Origin: an uncultured Acidobacteriota bacterium
Lineage (GTDB): Bacteria > Acidobacteriota > Thermoanaerobaculia > Multivoradales > JAHEKO01
Length of the DNA: 64,000 bases
Assembly: GCA_963713825.1 (NCBI GenBank)
Contig: CAVQNG010000004.1
Span: 286,592 to 350,591, forward strand
Direction of reading: 5' to 3'
Within the stretch, counting starts at the first letter, position 1. Every line of letters begins with the position of its first letter. Both the position numbers and the translations under genes were made by a program. Shown in pieces: positions 9,928 to 22,848 of this stretch. The notes under the pieces are model-generated. The model made no database searches, was not told the origin of the DNA, and saw nothing but the letters and a program-made list of their open reading frames with translations.

Positions 9928-10922
9928 GACGGCACCTCCTCTTGCCCTTGCTTTCGAGCGCCATCGTCAACCTCGACCTGGACGCTGCCGGCGACAGGCT
10001 CCTGGGTCGTGAGGCGCACGAAGATGTCCTCGAGCGAAGCCTGCTCCCGCGCCAGCTCCAACAGCACCCAGCCCCTCTCCTTGGCGGCCTCGAAGACCGC
10101 TTGCCGCGGATCGGCGCCTTTGGTGCATTCGAGCCGGTAGCAGCTGGCATCGCCTGCCAGGACCTCGATGTCGACGACCCCCGGCAGCCTGCCGAGAATC
10201 GCCAGCGCCTCCTCGGGCCCCGCTTTGAGCTCGACTCGGAGAATGGTGTTTCCGACCCAGCTGTCCTGCAGATCCCGGGGCGAGCCCTCGGCGACGATCC
10301 GGCCCCGATCGATGATGATGACCCGATCGCACAGCAGCTCGACCTCCGGCAGGATGTGGCTCGACAGCAGCAGCGTCTGCTTGTGTCCCAACTCCCGGAT
10401 CAACTCCCGAATGGCGATGATCTGCTTGGGGTCGAGACCGACGGTCGGCTCGTCCAGGACCAGAACGCTCGGTTGATGCAGGATGGCGGCCGCCAGGCCC
10501 ACCCGCTGCCGATAGCCCTTGGAGAGGGTTCCGATGATCTGGTTTTCCACCTCTTCGAGAAAGCAGCTCTGCACGGCCTCGGAGATCCTCGACTTCGATT
10601 CGCCCCGACCCAGGCCCTCCAACATCGCCCGGTAGTGCAGGTACTCGGAGACCCGCATCTCCGGGTAGAGAGCGACGTTCTCGGGTAGATATCCCACCTC
10701 GCGCCGTGCCGCCACGGGGTCACTGAACAAATCCCTGCCGCCTACGGTCAGGTGACCGTCGGTCGGCGGCAGAAAGCCGGTGATCATTCGTAGCGTCGTC
10801 GTCTTGCCGGCGCCATTGGGGCCGAGCATGCCGACGATCTCGCCTTCGTCCACGGTGAACGAGATTCCGTCGACGGCGGTGAACTCGCCGTACCGCCGAG
10901 TCAGGTCTTGCGCATCAATCAT
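9924..10922 (-). CDS. ABC transporter ATP-binding protein (GldA-like)
   Basis: GPNGAGKTT, LSKGYRQR and LDEPTVGLDP motifs. Confidence 0.93.
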   Translation of the reverse strand: MIDAQDLTRRYGEFTAVDGISFTVDEGEIVGMLGPNGAGKTTTLRMITGFLPPTDGHLTVGGRDLFSDPVAARREVGYLPENVALYPEMRVSEYLHYRAMLEGLGRGESKSRISEAVQSCFLEEVENQIIGTLSKGYRQRVGLAAAILHQPSVLVLDEPTVGLDPKQIIAIRELIRELGHKQTLLLSSHILPEVELLCDRVIIIDRGRIVAEGSPRDLQDSWVGNTILRVELKAGPEEALAILGRLPGVVDIEVLAGDASCYRLECTKGADPRQAVFEAAKERGWVLLELAREQASLEDIFVRLTTQEPVAGSVQVEVDDGARKQGQEEVPS

Positions 10923-11075
10923 CCTTGACGTTCCCTCCTGCCGATGAGGTTCAATGCCGCGATCGAATGGATCGAAATTGCCAACAGGCCAGGACCGACC
11001 TGTTCTCAGTCGGAGATTTATAGCAAATCACTCTCACCCGGTGAAGGGCCCAGGGGGCAGTGATAGGCTCGTGAC

Positions 11076-11384
11076 GTGGCAACGGACGACAAAACCACCG
11101 GCATGAAGTCGGCCTACGACCTGGCTCTCGAGAGACTCGAGCGACAGGGCATCGACAAGCCCCGGGACGGCAGTTTCACCGCCGAGACAAGAGAGCAGAT
11201 CGCCGAGCTTCGCAACCAGGCCGAGGCCAAGCTCGCCGAGCTCGAAATCCTCTTTCGCGACAGTCTCGTGAAGATCGGAGACCCTGCAGACAGGGCCAAG
11301 GCCGAAGAGGAGTATGCGGCAGAACGGAGGCGCGTCGAAGCCCGGCGGGACAGGGACATCGAGCGGCTTCGCTCACAAGCTTGA
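11076..11384 (+). CDS. Small coiled-coil hypothetical protein
   Basis: MKSAYDLALERL N-terminus, charged helical composition, fills the intergenic gap. Confidence 0.7.
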   Translation: MATDDKTTGMKSAYDLALERLERQGIDKPRDGSFTAETREQIAELRNQAEAKLAELEILFRDSLVKIGDPADRAKAEEEYAAERRRVEARRDRDIERLRSQA

Positions 11385-11397
11385 GTCCCACTTCCTT

Positions 11398-13029
11398 CTA
11401 GTTCTGGGGAAACATCTCCAGAAAAGACCGCGTCGCGTCGCTACTGCCGCAGACGTAGATGACATCCTCGGCCGCGAAGCTGAAATCCGGCCCGAACTCC
11501 ATAACCAGCGCTTCGCCCCGCTCGACCGCCACGACCGAGCAGCCCGTCTTTTGACGGATGTCCAGCTGTGTCGGATGCTTGCCGACCAGTCCCCCGGTTC
11601 CGACTTTCAGCACCTTGAGCTGCGGATCGACAGAGACGGCTTCTTCGCCCAGCAGACGTCGGGCCAGGATCTGACCCGAAACCTGGCCGATCGAAAGAGA
11701 GAAATCGGCCCCCGCCCGATGGATGCGCTCCACGTTCTCGGCCCGGTTGACGCGCGCGATGACCGGCACATGGGGTGCCAGGTCCTTGACGATGACCGTC
11801 GCGAACATGGTCGCGCTGTCGGTGTCGACGGCCAGAATCACGGCCTTGGCAGAACCGACCCCTGCCTGCTCGAGGATCCTCGAATCGAGCACGTCGCCGA
11901 CGACGTTCACACCCTCCCTCTTCTCCCGATCGATGACGACGACTTCTTCGCCGACGTCGGTCAGCAGCTCGACCACCTTGCCACCGACCTCGCCGAAACC
12001 GGCCACGACGACCGGGCCATGACGGCGCAGCGGCTTGGCCTCGTCGCACAGCTCCTCGAACTTCTGAATGCTCGTTGGGCTCCCGACCAGAACCAGAATG
12101 CCATCGGGCTCCAACCGCATATCCGCCGTCGGCGGGGCCACCAGGCGGCCACCGACCCACTGTCCAATGACAGAGATGCCGGTCCGCTGTCCGAGACCGG
12201 CTTCGGCGAGCGTCTGCCCAGCCAGGCTGCTGTTCTTCGGGATTCTCACCTCGCTGACCTTCAGCCTGGGGCCCACCTGCTGCGCATCCGCGAGGGTGGG
12301 GCTGACTCGCTGACTGGCGCGAGCCGCCAGAGCGGCGCCCAGGACGTGACGAGGGGTGTAGGTCGCAGTGGCACCCGCCAGCATGATCGGTTTGCGATGG
12401 AAAGGATCCTCGACGAGTGCCAGCGCTTCGCCTTCGAAGCCCGACTGACGGGCAGCCAGAATCACCGCTGCATCCTCGTCGTCCGTGCTGTTGGCGATCA
12501 GGGTCCTCGCCTTCTCGAGGCAGACCCGACTCAAGACGCCATCATCCAGGCTTCCTGACACGACCTTATGCCCCTCCCCTATGAGACGTCGAGCCGTGCT
12601 CTCGTCGTCCTCGATGATGACGGTCGAAATCGAGGCTCGCTCCAGCTGATCGATCAGCGTCGACACTGCTGGGCCGAACCGGTAGATCACGACGTGATCA
12701 CTTTCGTTCGGCGCCTCCTTGGGTAGCCGGACCTCGAACCGCTCCTCCAGATAGGGAATGAGATAGACCGGGAAGATCATGAAGATCAGGAAGACGCCCA
12801 GGAACTGCAGTAAGACCACGAACAGGACCATGACCGGGCTCGTCCAGGTCTCGTCGGCGCCATATCCCGTCGTCGAGAGCGTCTCCGCAACGAACTCGAG
12901 ACTCCGCCAGAAGCCCCGCGTCTCTCCCTCGAGCCGACTCATCCCCACCATGTAGATGAGTGAGCACACCACCAGTAGCAGGATGAGAGATCCCATCAGT
13001 GCGAGGAGGCGCTTCTGGGAGCGGAGCAT
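11398..13029 (-). CDS. Potassium channel family protein with tandem TrkA-N/TrkA-C (RCK) domains
   Basis: TLSTTGYG selectivity filter, GFGEVG Rossmann motif, two RCK modules. Confidence 0.9.
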   Translation of the reverse strand: MLRSQKRLLALMGSLILLLVVCSLIYMVGMSRLEGETRGFWRSLEFVAETLSTTGYGADETWTSPVMVLFVVLLQFLGVFLIFMIFPVYLIPYLEERFEVRLPKEAPNESDHVVIYRFGPAVSTLIDQLERASISTVIIEDDESTARRLIGEGHKVVSGSLDDGVLSRVCLEKARTLIANSTDDEDAAVILAARQSGFEGEALALVEDPFHRKPIMLAGATATYTPRHVLGAALAARASQRVSPTLADAQQVGPRLKVSEVRIPKNSSLAGQTLAEAGLGQRTGISVIGQWVGGRLVAPPTADMRLEPDGILVLVGSPTSIQKFEELCDEAKPLRRHGPVVVAGFGEVGGKVVELLTDVGEEVVVIDREKREGVNVVGDVLDSRILEQAGVGSAKAVILAVDTDSATMFATVIVKDLAPHVPVIARVNRAENVERIHRAGADFSLSIGQVSGQILARRLLGEEAVSVDPQLKVLKVGTGGLVGKHPTQLDIRQKTGCSVVAVERGEALVMEFGPDFSFAAEDVIYVCGSSDATRSFLEMFPQN

Positions 13030-13077
13030 GGGCAGATTGTAACTGTTTCGCCCGCCGCCGAACGGCAGCGGGCTCGA

Positions 13078-13227
13078 GGGCGTAGGGGCGTAGGGGCCTA
13101 AGGGCCCAGGCAGTGAGGGATGAGGTGGCCGGCGTTCCTTCGGCCGGTCTTTGAGGGCTTGGGGCTTGGGAAATGTAGGGGCGGGGCTTGCCCCCGCCCG
13201 CGGGAGGGCGCAAGGCCCTCCCCTACA
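13078..13227. repeat. Composite intergenic repeat: 8-mer array, family C unit and GTAG-type REP doublet (13174-13227)
   Basis: GGGCGTAGGGGCGTAGGGG array followed by TGTAGGGGCGGGGCTTGCCCCCGCCCGCGGGAGGGCGCAAGGCCCTCCCCTACA. Confidence 0.75.
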
Positions 13228-13262
13228 TCGGATTGACGAGGCCTGGAACAGGGCGTTCTATT

Positions 13263-14009
13263 TCAGGATTCTCGGTCCCCATCGCCGTACCAGTACTCAC
13301 GGACCTTGTCGTCGATTGTCTCTGGGGGCCGAAACAGGCCGGGGACGAGACCGAAGATCATCGTGAAGTAATGCCAGTCACCATAGCGGTCGAACTTGCG
13401 CATCGAGCCGAGAGCCTTGGCGGAACGGACCCGGGCCAACCTTTGGCCCCGCTGACGCCCGACTCGCCTGAGGTCGACCAGCAGCTGGACATCCTCCCCG
13501 AAGTAGCGCCGCTCGTCGTAACCGCCGATGGCACGGAAGTCGGCCGACGAGCAAAAGACCACCCCTGTGTCCATTTTCAGGACCCACACCCAGGGCACCA
13601 TTACAGCGTAGGTTGCGGCGATTCCCAGCGACCACCTCTCCAAGCGCACTCCGGTGGCGCCAGCCACCACCTTTCCGGTGGCCAAACTGTCTTCGATGGC
13701 GTTGAACGTCTCGGGGTGGATCCTCATATCGGCATCCACGAAGGCCAGTAAGTCGCCATTCGCGACCGCCGCGCCGCCATTCCTGACCGCAGCGATTCGG
13801 CGCTCGGCGACCGCTTCAACAACACACCCCCGTTGCCTGGCAATTTGCGCGGTAGCGTCGGTGGAATCGTTGTCCGCCACGATCACCTCGATCGAGTCAA
13901 CTCCTCCACGGTAGGCGGCCCGAGCTGCTTCGACCGTTTCGAGCAGACGTGGCAGGTACCCTGCCTCGTTGTAGGCGGGGATGACCAGCGAAAATCGTGG
14001 CTCTCGCAC
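13263..14009 (-). CDS. Glycosyltransferase family 2
   Basis: SLVIPAYNE, VADNDSTD, RNGGA and FVDAD motifs; GTG start at 14009 preferred. Confidence 0.9.
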   Translation of the reverse strand: MREPRFSLVIPAYNEAGYLPRLLETVEAARAAYRGGVDSIEVIVADNDSTDATAQIARQRGCVVEAVAERRIAAVRNGGAAVANGDLLAFVDADMRIHPETFNAIEDSLATGKVVAGATGVRLERWSLGIAATYAVMVPWVWVLKMDTGVVFCSSADFRAIGGYDERRYFGEDVQLLVDLRRVGRQRGQRLARVRSAKALGSMRKFDRYGDWHYFTMIFGLVPGLFRPPETIDDKVREYWYGDGDRES

Positions 14010-14067
14010 TCCACCATGGTAGTCCAAGCGATGAAGGCTTGGCGTCGAGTCAAGCTAGACTCTGGGC

Positions 14068-14442
14068 ATGGCTGTGCGGTTGGACAAGTGGCTGCAGGTG
14101 GCGCGGGTGTTCAAGACCCGGACCCAGGCGACGCGCGCCTGCAACCTGGGGCGAGTCCGAGTCAATGGGCAGGTGGTCAAACCGCACCGTAATCTGGCGC
14201 TGGATGACGAGGTGGAGATCGAGATTCGGGACTGGACTCGAGTCCTCGTGGTCAAAGAGCTACGCGACCGCCCCTTGCCGAAGGCCGAAGCACCGAGGGT
14301 CTTCGAGGATCTGAGTCCGCCCAAGCCAACTCTCGATCCTATTCAGCGAATTCTGCGCGGCAGGCCGGTGCAGCGCGAAAAGGGTGCCGGCCGTCCAACC
14401 AAGCGCGACCGCCGGGACATCGACCGCTGGCGATCCGGTTAG
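14068..14442 (+). CDS. hslR: S4-domain RNA-binding protein (Hsp15-like)
   Basis: RLDKWL..ARVFKTR and GRPTKRDRR motifs. Confidence 0.85.
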   Translation: MAVRLDKWLQVARVFKTRTQATRACNLGRVRVNGQVVKPHRNLALDDEVEIEIRDWTRVLVVKELRDRPLPKAEAPRVFEDLSPPKPTLDPIQRILRGRPVQREKGAGRPTKRDRRDIDRWRSG

Positions 14443-14742
14443 CCTTCGTTCGCACGGCTATCTGCTCTTGAGCAAGTCCGGGATCCGGGCGGCGGGTACT
14501 GTTGAAATCCGGCTCGATACCGAGCACCTCTACTCGTTTGTATCCCAGCTCGAACGACCAGGTCTTGTCGACAGTCTGACCAAGGCAATCTCCCCGAAGG
14601 CGCAGCGCCAGTTGACGGCCCTCGTGATGCGGGACACTCTCAGGCGTTGCATCCCAATCTGACTGGCTCAAAGAACGAGCGCTTTGCTGTCTCTCCGTTT
14701 CTGGCGTCAACCATTGGCAGAACAACTTCTACTGCGGCCCGC

Positions 14743-15249
14743 TTACTTGACTTCACGCTGTGGTAGTACCCATTCCGGTCTCAGGTAGTGGCAGGTGTAG
14801 CCGGTGGGATAACGCTCGAGATAGTCCTGATGCTCGGGCTCGGCCTCCCAGAAATCGCCGACAGGCTCGAGCTCTGTTACCACTTTACCCGGCCATAGGC
14901 CCGAGGCTTCTACATCGGCAATGGTGTCGAGGGCGACTTGTCTTTGCGCCTCGTCGACATAGTAGATCGCCGACCGATAGGACAGTCCCGAGTCATTGCC
15001 CTGCCGGTTGACGGTTGTAGGGTCGTGGATCTGGAAGAAGAACTCCAGAATGCGGCGATACGAAATCCTCTCCGGGTCGAACAGAATCTCGATTCCCTCG
15101 GCATGCGTGCCGTGGTTGCGGTAGGTGGCGTTGGGGACATCGCCGCCGGTGTAGCCCACTCGGGTGGCCTCGATCCCCGGCAATTCTCGAATCAGATCTT
15201 GCATGCCCCAGAAGCAGCCGCCCGCCAGAACAGCGCGTTCCTGTGCCAT
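14743..15249 (-). CDS. msrA: Peptide-methionine (S)-S-oxide reductase
   Basis: GGCFWG and AEPEHQDY motifs. Confidence 0.95.
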   Translation of the reverse strand: MAQERAVLAGGCFWGMQDLIRELPGIEATRVGYTGGDVPNATYRNHGTHAEGIEILFDPERISYRRILEFFFQIHDPTTVNRQGNDSGLSYRSAIYYVDEAQRQVALDTIADVEASGLWPGKVVTELEPVGDFWEAEPEHQDYLERYPTGYTCHYLRPEWVLPQREVK

Positions 15250-15695
15250 TAGTTGTCCTCCACTTGATCCAGGTACTCGCCATAGCCCTCTGCTTGCATG
15301 TCATCGCGATGGATGAATCGCAGGGAGGCAGAATTGATGCAGTAGCGTAAACCACCGCGATCGCTGGGGCCGTCCGGAAAGACGTGCCCCAGGTGGCTGT
15401 CGCCGTGCACCGAGCGGACTTCGGTTCGCACCATGCCATGGCTGCGGTCCTTGAGCTCGTTGACATGAGCCGGCTCGATCGGTTTGGCAAAACTCGGCCA
15501 GCCGCAACCCGATTCGAACTTGTCTGACGACGCGAACAGGGGTTCGCCCGACACGACATCGACATAGATGCCCGGCTCGAAATTGGCAAGATACTCGCCG
15601 GTGCCTGGTTGCTCGGTGCCGCTCTGCTGGGTCACACGGAACTGTTCCGAAGTCAGGGCGGCTATGGCGCCAGCGGATTTCTTGTAGGTGGTCAT
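15249..15695 (-). CDS. msrB: Peptide-methionine (R)-S-oxide reductase
   Basis: [18 protein letters not shown] and RYCINSA motifs. Confidence 0.95.
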   Translation of the reverse strand: MTTYKKSAGAIAALTSEQFRVTQQSGTEQPGTGEYLANFEPGIYVDVVSGEPLFASSDKFESGCGWPSFAKPIEPAHVNELKDRSHGMVRTEVRSVHGDSHLGHVFPDGPSDRGGLRYCINSASLRFIHRDDMQAEGYGEYLDQVEDN

Positions 15696-15814
15696 TCAAT
15701 TCTCCTCGATAGGCCGCTGTTGGGCATTGTCGAGTTGCACGCCCGCGATTCAAGTGTAGCTCGATATCTCGCTATGCCTGCAAAGCACTCAGCTTCGTGC
15801 CGAGGCTGGTCCCT

Positions 15815-15892
15815 GGGTTCGTCGTGGGGACCCCCAGGGGGTTCTTGCAGCGGCAGGGAGGATAGCCCCCTGGGGGGTCCCGCGACGGACCC
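15815..15892 (+). repeat. Family A 78-bp long-hairpin element, copy 1
   Basis: GGGTTCGTCGTGGGGACCCCCAGGGGG-TTCTTGCAGCGGCAGGGAGGATAG-CCCCCTGGGGGGTCCCGCGACGGACCC; homologs at 38432 and 52285. Confidence 0.85.
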
Positions 15893-15906
15893 TCACCCGT
15901 CTGAGG

Positions 15907-16980
15907 TCAGAACAGCTCCAGCTGTGACACCTCTCCGTTTACGAGGTTTCCGGCACCGAGGCCCAGGAGCCGAACGCTGCGCTGGCCGGCCTCGGTCTTT
16001 CGCAAGAGCCGGTAGGCCCAGGTCGCCATCACCTGTACGTCTGACGTCGGGCTTGGCAAGGTGTGCGATCGCGTCAAAGTCGTGAAGTCGCCGTACCGAA
16101 CCTTGATCGTCACGGTCTGGGCAGACAGCTCGCGTTTCTTCAGTCCGCGGCTCACCCGCTCGGCCATGCGTTCGAGCTCCTGGTCCATTGCCTCGAGACG
16201 CTGCAGGTCCTTGGCGTAGGTTCTCTCGCAGCTGAGGCTCTTGCGTTCCCGGTGGGTTCGGACCGGACGCTCGTCGATGCCTCTCGCGCAGTTGTAGAGC
16301 CAACCACCGTGCTTGCCGAAGAGAGCCTTCAGCCGATCCCTGGAAACCGCCCGCAGCTCGGCAATCGTCTCGATCCCCTTGTCTCTGAGCCGCTTCTCGG
16401 AAGCCGGTCCCACGCCTGGCAGGGTCCTCACTGACAGAACATCCAAAAACGCCTGAACACGAGGCGGCTTGACCACCGTCAGGCCATCGGGCTTGTCGAA
16501 ATCGGAGGCGATCTTGGCCACCAGACGGTTCGGGCCAACGCCGACGCTGACAGTCAATCCCCGCTCTTGTCTGATTCGGCGTTTGATCTCTTGTGCCACC
16601 GCGGTGGCGCTACCCCAGGGCTCCAGCTGTTCGGTTACGTCGAGGTAGGCCTCGTCGATGGAGACCTTCTGAACAATCGGTGTGAAGTCGCGAAAGATCT
16701 CGACGATGTAGTCGGACTCCTCCCGGTACCGATTGAAGTCCGGCCGAATGAAGACGGCCTGCGGGCAGAGTCGGACGGCGCGAGCAGCTGGGAGAGCGGA
16801 GCGGATCCCGAATCGGCGCGCTTCGTAGCTCGCAGCGGCCACCACTCCTCTACCCTCGGGGTTGCCTCCGATGACGACCGGCTTGCCAGCGAGAGAGGGG
16901 TCGTCCCGCATGTGCACCGCCGCATAGAAGCAGTCCATGTCGCAGTGCAGGATCCGGCGAATCACATTGACTTCTGACAT
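15907..16980 (-). CDS. dinB: DNA polymerase IV
   Basis: HCDMDCFYAAV, SYEARRFG, SIDEAYLD and KPDG motifs. Confidence 0.95.
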   Translation of the reverse strand: MSEVNVIRRILHCDMDCFYAAVHMRDDPSLAGKPVVIGGNPEGRGVVAAASYEARRFGIRSALPAARAVRLCPQAVFIRPDFNRYREESDYIVEIFRDFTPIVQKVSIDEAYLDVTEQLEPWGSATAVAQEIKRRIRQERGLTVSVGVGPNRLVAKIASDFDKPDGLTVVKPPRVQAFLDVLSVRTLPGVGPASEKRLRDKGIETIAELRAVSRDRLKALFGKHGGWLYNCARGIDERPVRTHRERKSLSCERTYAKDLQRLEAMDQELERMAERVSRGLKKRELSAQTVTIKVRYGDFTTLTRSHTLPSPTSDVQVMATWAYRLLRKTEAGQRSVRLLGLGAGNLVNGEVSQLELF

Positions 16981-16994
16981 CTTCGAGACCGTGC

Positions 16995-18392
16995 TCAGTC
17001 GGCTTCGCCTCCGGTCTGCGCCCGGGCATCGAGGATGCGCTGCAACTCGTCCGACGGCAGCACCTGCTTCTCGATACAGAGATCTCGCACAGTTCGGCCG
17101 GTGGCGAAGGCCTCCTTGGCGATCTCTGCCGCCTGGTCGTAGCCGATCGCCGGTGCCAGGGCCGTGACCATGGCCAGAGACTCCTCCACCAGGGCCTCAC
17201 ACCGTTGGGCGTTGGCCTGCAGCCCGCTGATGCACCGGTCGGCCAGCAGTCGAGAGCTATTGGCGAGGATCTCCACCGATTGCAGGAGGTTGTAGGCGAT
17301 GACGGGCATCATCACGTTGAGCTCGAAGTTACCCGACATCCCTCCGGCGCTGATCGTCACGTCATTTCCCAGGACCTGAGCCGCAACCATCAGGACGGAC
17401 TCTGGAATCACCGGGTTCACCTTGCCAGGCATGATCGAGCTGCCGGGTTGGAGGCTGGGCAGAGTGATCTCACCGATGCCGCATCTGGGGCCAGAGCCGA
17501 GCCACCGAATGTCATTGGCAATCTTGGTCAGCGAGACGGCAATTGTCTTCAGCGCTCCGGAGCACTCCACGGCAGCATCTTTGGCCGCCATGGCCTCGAA
17601 CTTGTTCGGCGCCGGCACAAAGGGATGCCCGGTGCGAGCGGCGAGGCGGTCGATCACCCTAGCCGCAAACTCGGGATGGGCGTTCAGGCCGGTACCCACA
17701 GCCGTTCCGCCGAGTGCCAGCTCCGCCAGACGGGGTTGGACAGCCGCGAGGCGAGCAATACCGTTGTCAATCTGCTTCGCGTAGCCCGAGAACTCCTGGC
17801 CCAAACGAATCGGCACTGCATCCTGGAGGTGGGTTCTACCGATCTTGACGATAGTGTCGAACTCGTGCGCCTTGCGGTCCAGAGCCTCTTCCAGGTGCCT
17901 CAGGGCCGGGATCAGAGCCTCGGTCACTGCACCATAGGCCGCGACATGGATGGCGGTCGGGATCACATCGTTCGAGGATTGGCCGGCATTGACGTCGTCG
18001 TTGGGGTGCACCGGCGATTTGCTGCCCATCACTCCACCGAGAATCTCGATGGCCCGGTTCGCGATGACCTCGTTCGCGTTCATGTTCGTCGAGGTCCCCG
18101 AGCCCGTCTGGAAGATGTCCAAGGGGAAGTGCTCGTCGAGACGACCCTCGGCCACCTCGTCGGCGGCCTGGCCGATCGGGGCAGCCAGGACGGTGTCGAT
18201 CGCCCCCAACTCGGCGTTGACGGCCGCTGCTGCGCTCTTGATCATCCCCAGCGCACCGATGAAGCGCCGCGGGAATCGGAGACCGCTGACAGGAAAGTTC
18301 TCCAACGCCCTCTGGGTCTGGGCTCCGTAGTAGGCCGTGGCGGGCACCTGAACCTCGCCCAGGCTGTCTCGTTCCGTCCGAGTATCAATCAT
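16995..18392 (-). CDS. fumC: Class II fumarate hydratase
   Basis: [20 protein letters not shown] and [11 protein letters not shown] motifs. Confidence 0.93.
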   Translation of the reverse strand: MIDTRTERDSLGEVQVPATAYYGAQTQRALENFPVSGLRFPRRFIGALGMIKSAAAAVNAELGAIDTVLAAPIGQAADEVAEGRLDEHFPLDIFQTGSGTSTNMNANEVIANRAIEILGGVMGSKSPVHPNDDVNAGQSSNDVIPTAIHVAAYGAVTEALIPALRHLEEALDRKAHEFDTIVKIGRTHLQDAVPIRLGQEFSGYAKQIDNGIARLAAVQPRLAELALGGTAVGTGLNAHPEFAARVIDRLAARTGHPFVPAPNKFEAMAAKDAAVECSGALKTIAVSLTKIANDIRWLGSGPRCGIGEITLPSLQPGSSIMPGKVNPVIPESVLMVAAQVLGNDVTISAGGMSGNFELNVMMPVIAYNLLQSVEILANSSRLLADRCISGLQANAQRCEALVEESLAMVTALAPAIGYDQAAEIAKEAFATGRTVRDLCIEKQVLPSDELQRILDARAQTGGEAD

Positions 18393-18631
18393 TGCGGCGC
18401 TCCTTGAATTCCGATTCGAGGAGCCATTCTCTCAGAATCCGGAGCGCCTTTGGGTTGAGGCGCCCGGTCCTACCTCCCGGGCGTTCTTTGAGGGCCTGGG
18501 GGTCGAGCCGGCCGATCGAACCAGGGATCTCCCCCGTCTGCGGCCTCACCCGACCATGCCCCTCCGACGAGGGAGACCCATGGCCCGATCTACCACCTTC
18601 GAGACACAGCAATCATCGGATTGCTGACTCA

Positions 18632-18946
18632 CCCCCTACGCCCTTAAGCTCCTAGGCCCTACTACCCTCACCGGTGCCGGAGGTTCGTTCGGGTGGTTCG
18701 ACAGCGGGTGCCGAGTCGAGCGCAGCGCAAGGTCTATCGCAGGGCACAACAGATGATGAGCGATGGCCAGACAAGGTGGCGGCCCCCCTGAATGCAGGGG
18801 AGGAGCTTGCCCCCTCCCGCGGGAGCCCGCAAGGGGCTCCCCTACAATGCCGACGCCGTCCCCCTGCGGACCACTCGGACGGACCTCTACAAGGCAAGCA
18901 GATTCGACAGAACCACCAACGGCCGGCAGGGGCACCGGCCGCTTCA
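18632..18946 (+). repeat. Composite: 8-mer array, family B element (18679-18888) with nested REP doublet (18793-18846), and family D hairpin (18920-18946)
   Basis: GAGGTTCGTTCGGGTGGTTCG ... CGGACCACTCGGACGGACCTC ends; homologous to 30716, 38198, 40397 and 52025. Confidence 0.85.
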
Positions 18947-18951
18947 TGGCC

Positions 18952-22158
<3,207 letters not shown>

Positions 22159-22195
22159 GGCGGCTGGAAGTCTAGCAGTGACGTGCAGTTGGCCA

Positions 22196-22211
22196 CTACC
22201 CGCAGGGGTGG
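22196..22211. promoter_or_regulatory. Candidate response-regulator site CTACCC-GCAG-GGGTGG
   Basis: Member of a palindrome family repeated upstream of the island's operons. Confidence 0.55.
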
Positions 22212-22495
22212 TGCTTGTTCCTGCCCGCACCACCCGTACATAGGGCCTCCTAGCCACCTCATCGGTGATCCACAACTACCCAGATGGCAGTGGCGCCCAA
22301 GCGCGTCTGGAGCCATGCTTAGTCCAACGAATGCCGGGTTTGGGCCGGCCTTGAACAAATAGGGAGTCCGAGGAGAAGTCAACAGTGAGTTCTCCAATTG
22401 TTCAGCATCTCCCGGGGTTCATTCGTCGGAAGGTTTCGCAGCACAACGGGTCAACCTTCGAAGCACGGCCGAAGACAACGGACAGGATCAGAGCC

Positions 22496-22717
22496 TTGGC
22501 AGCCGAATTCAGAAACGAAGCCAATTGGGATCGGATTCTGCGCGTCCTACTCGGTGTGGGCATGCTTCTGCTGGGCTGGTTCGCCATGGGAGAGGGGATC
22601 TTCGGAGCCGCCTTTCGCATCTTCGGCTTCGTGCCTCTGGTAACCGGCCTGCTGGGCTGGTGCCCGTTCTACACGCTGCTGGGTTTCGGGACCAAGAAGC
22701 AGACTCGCAACGTCTGA
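22496..22717 (+). CDS. DUF2892 (YgaP-like) small membrane protein
   Basis: N...DRILR..LG and GLLGWCPFY.LLG motifs; TTG start at 22496 preferred. Confidence 0.85.
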   Translation: MAAEFRNEANWDRILRVLLGVGMLLLGWFAMGEGIFGAAFRIFGFVPLVTGLLGWCPFYTLLGFGTKKQTRNV

Positions 22718-22848
22718 GTCGTCGTCTGCGGTTCCACCCCACCGCCCAAGCCTCAACCGATCGAATAGAATCACAGGCGCCCAAGGAGGCCGAGGGTGAA
22801 TTTCCGCCTGCCTCCTCTCTGGGGGCTTGCTGACCGGGATCACTCTTC

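Noticed and set aside
6234-10922. Gld-like ABC module as evidence of gliding motility
   Set aside because: This module is widespread in non-gliding bacteria, and no other gliding or T9SS genes are present in the window.
14339-14725. Minus-strand ORF with DWDATPESV, reminiscent of some transposase N-termini
   Set aside because: The similarity is too short, there is no DDE domain or inverted repeat, and it overlaps hslR.
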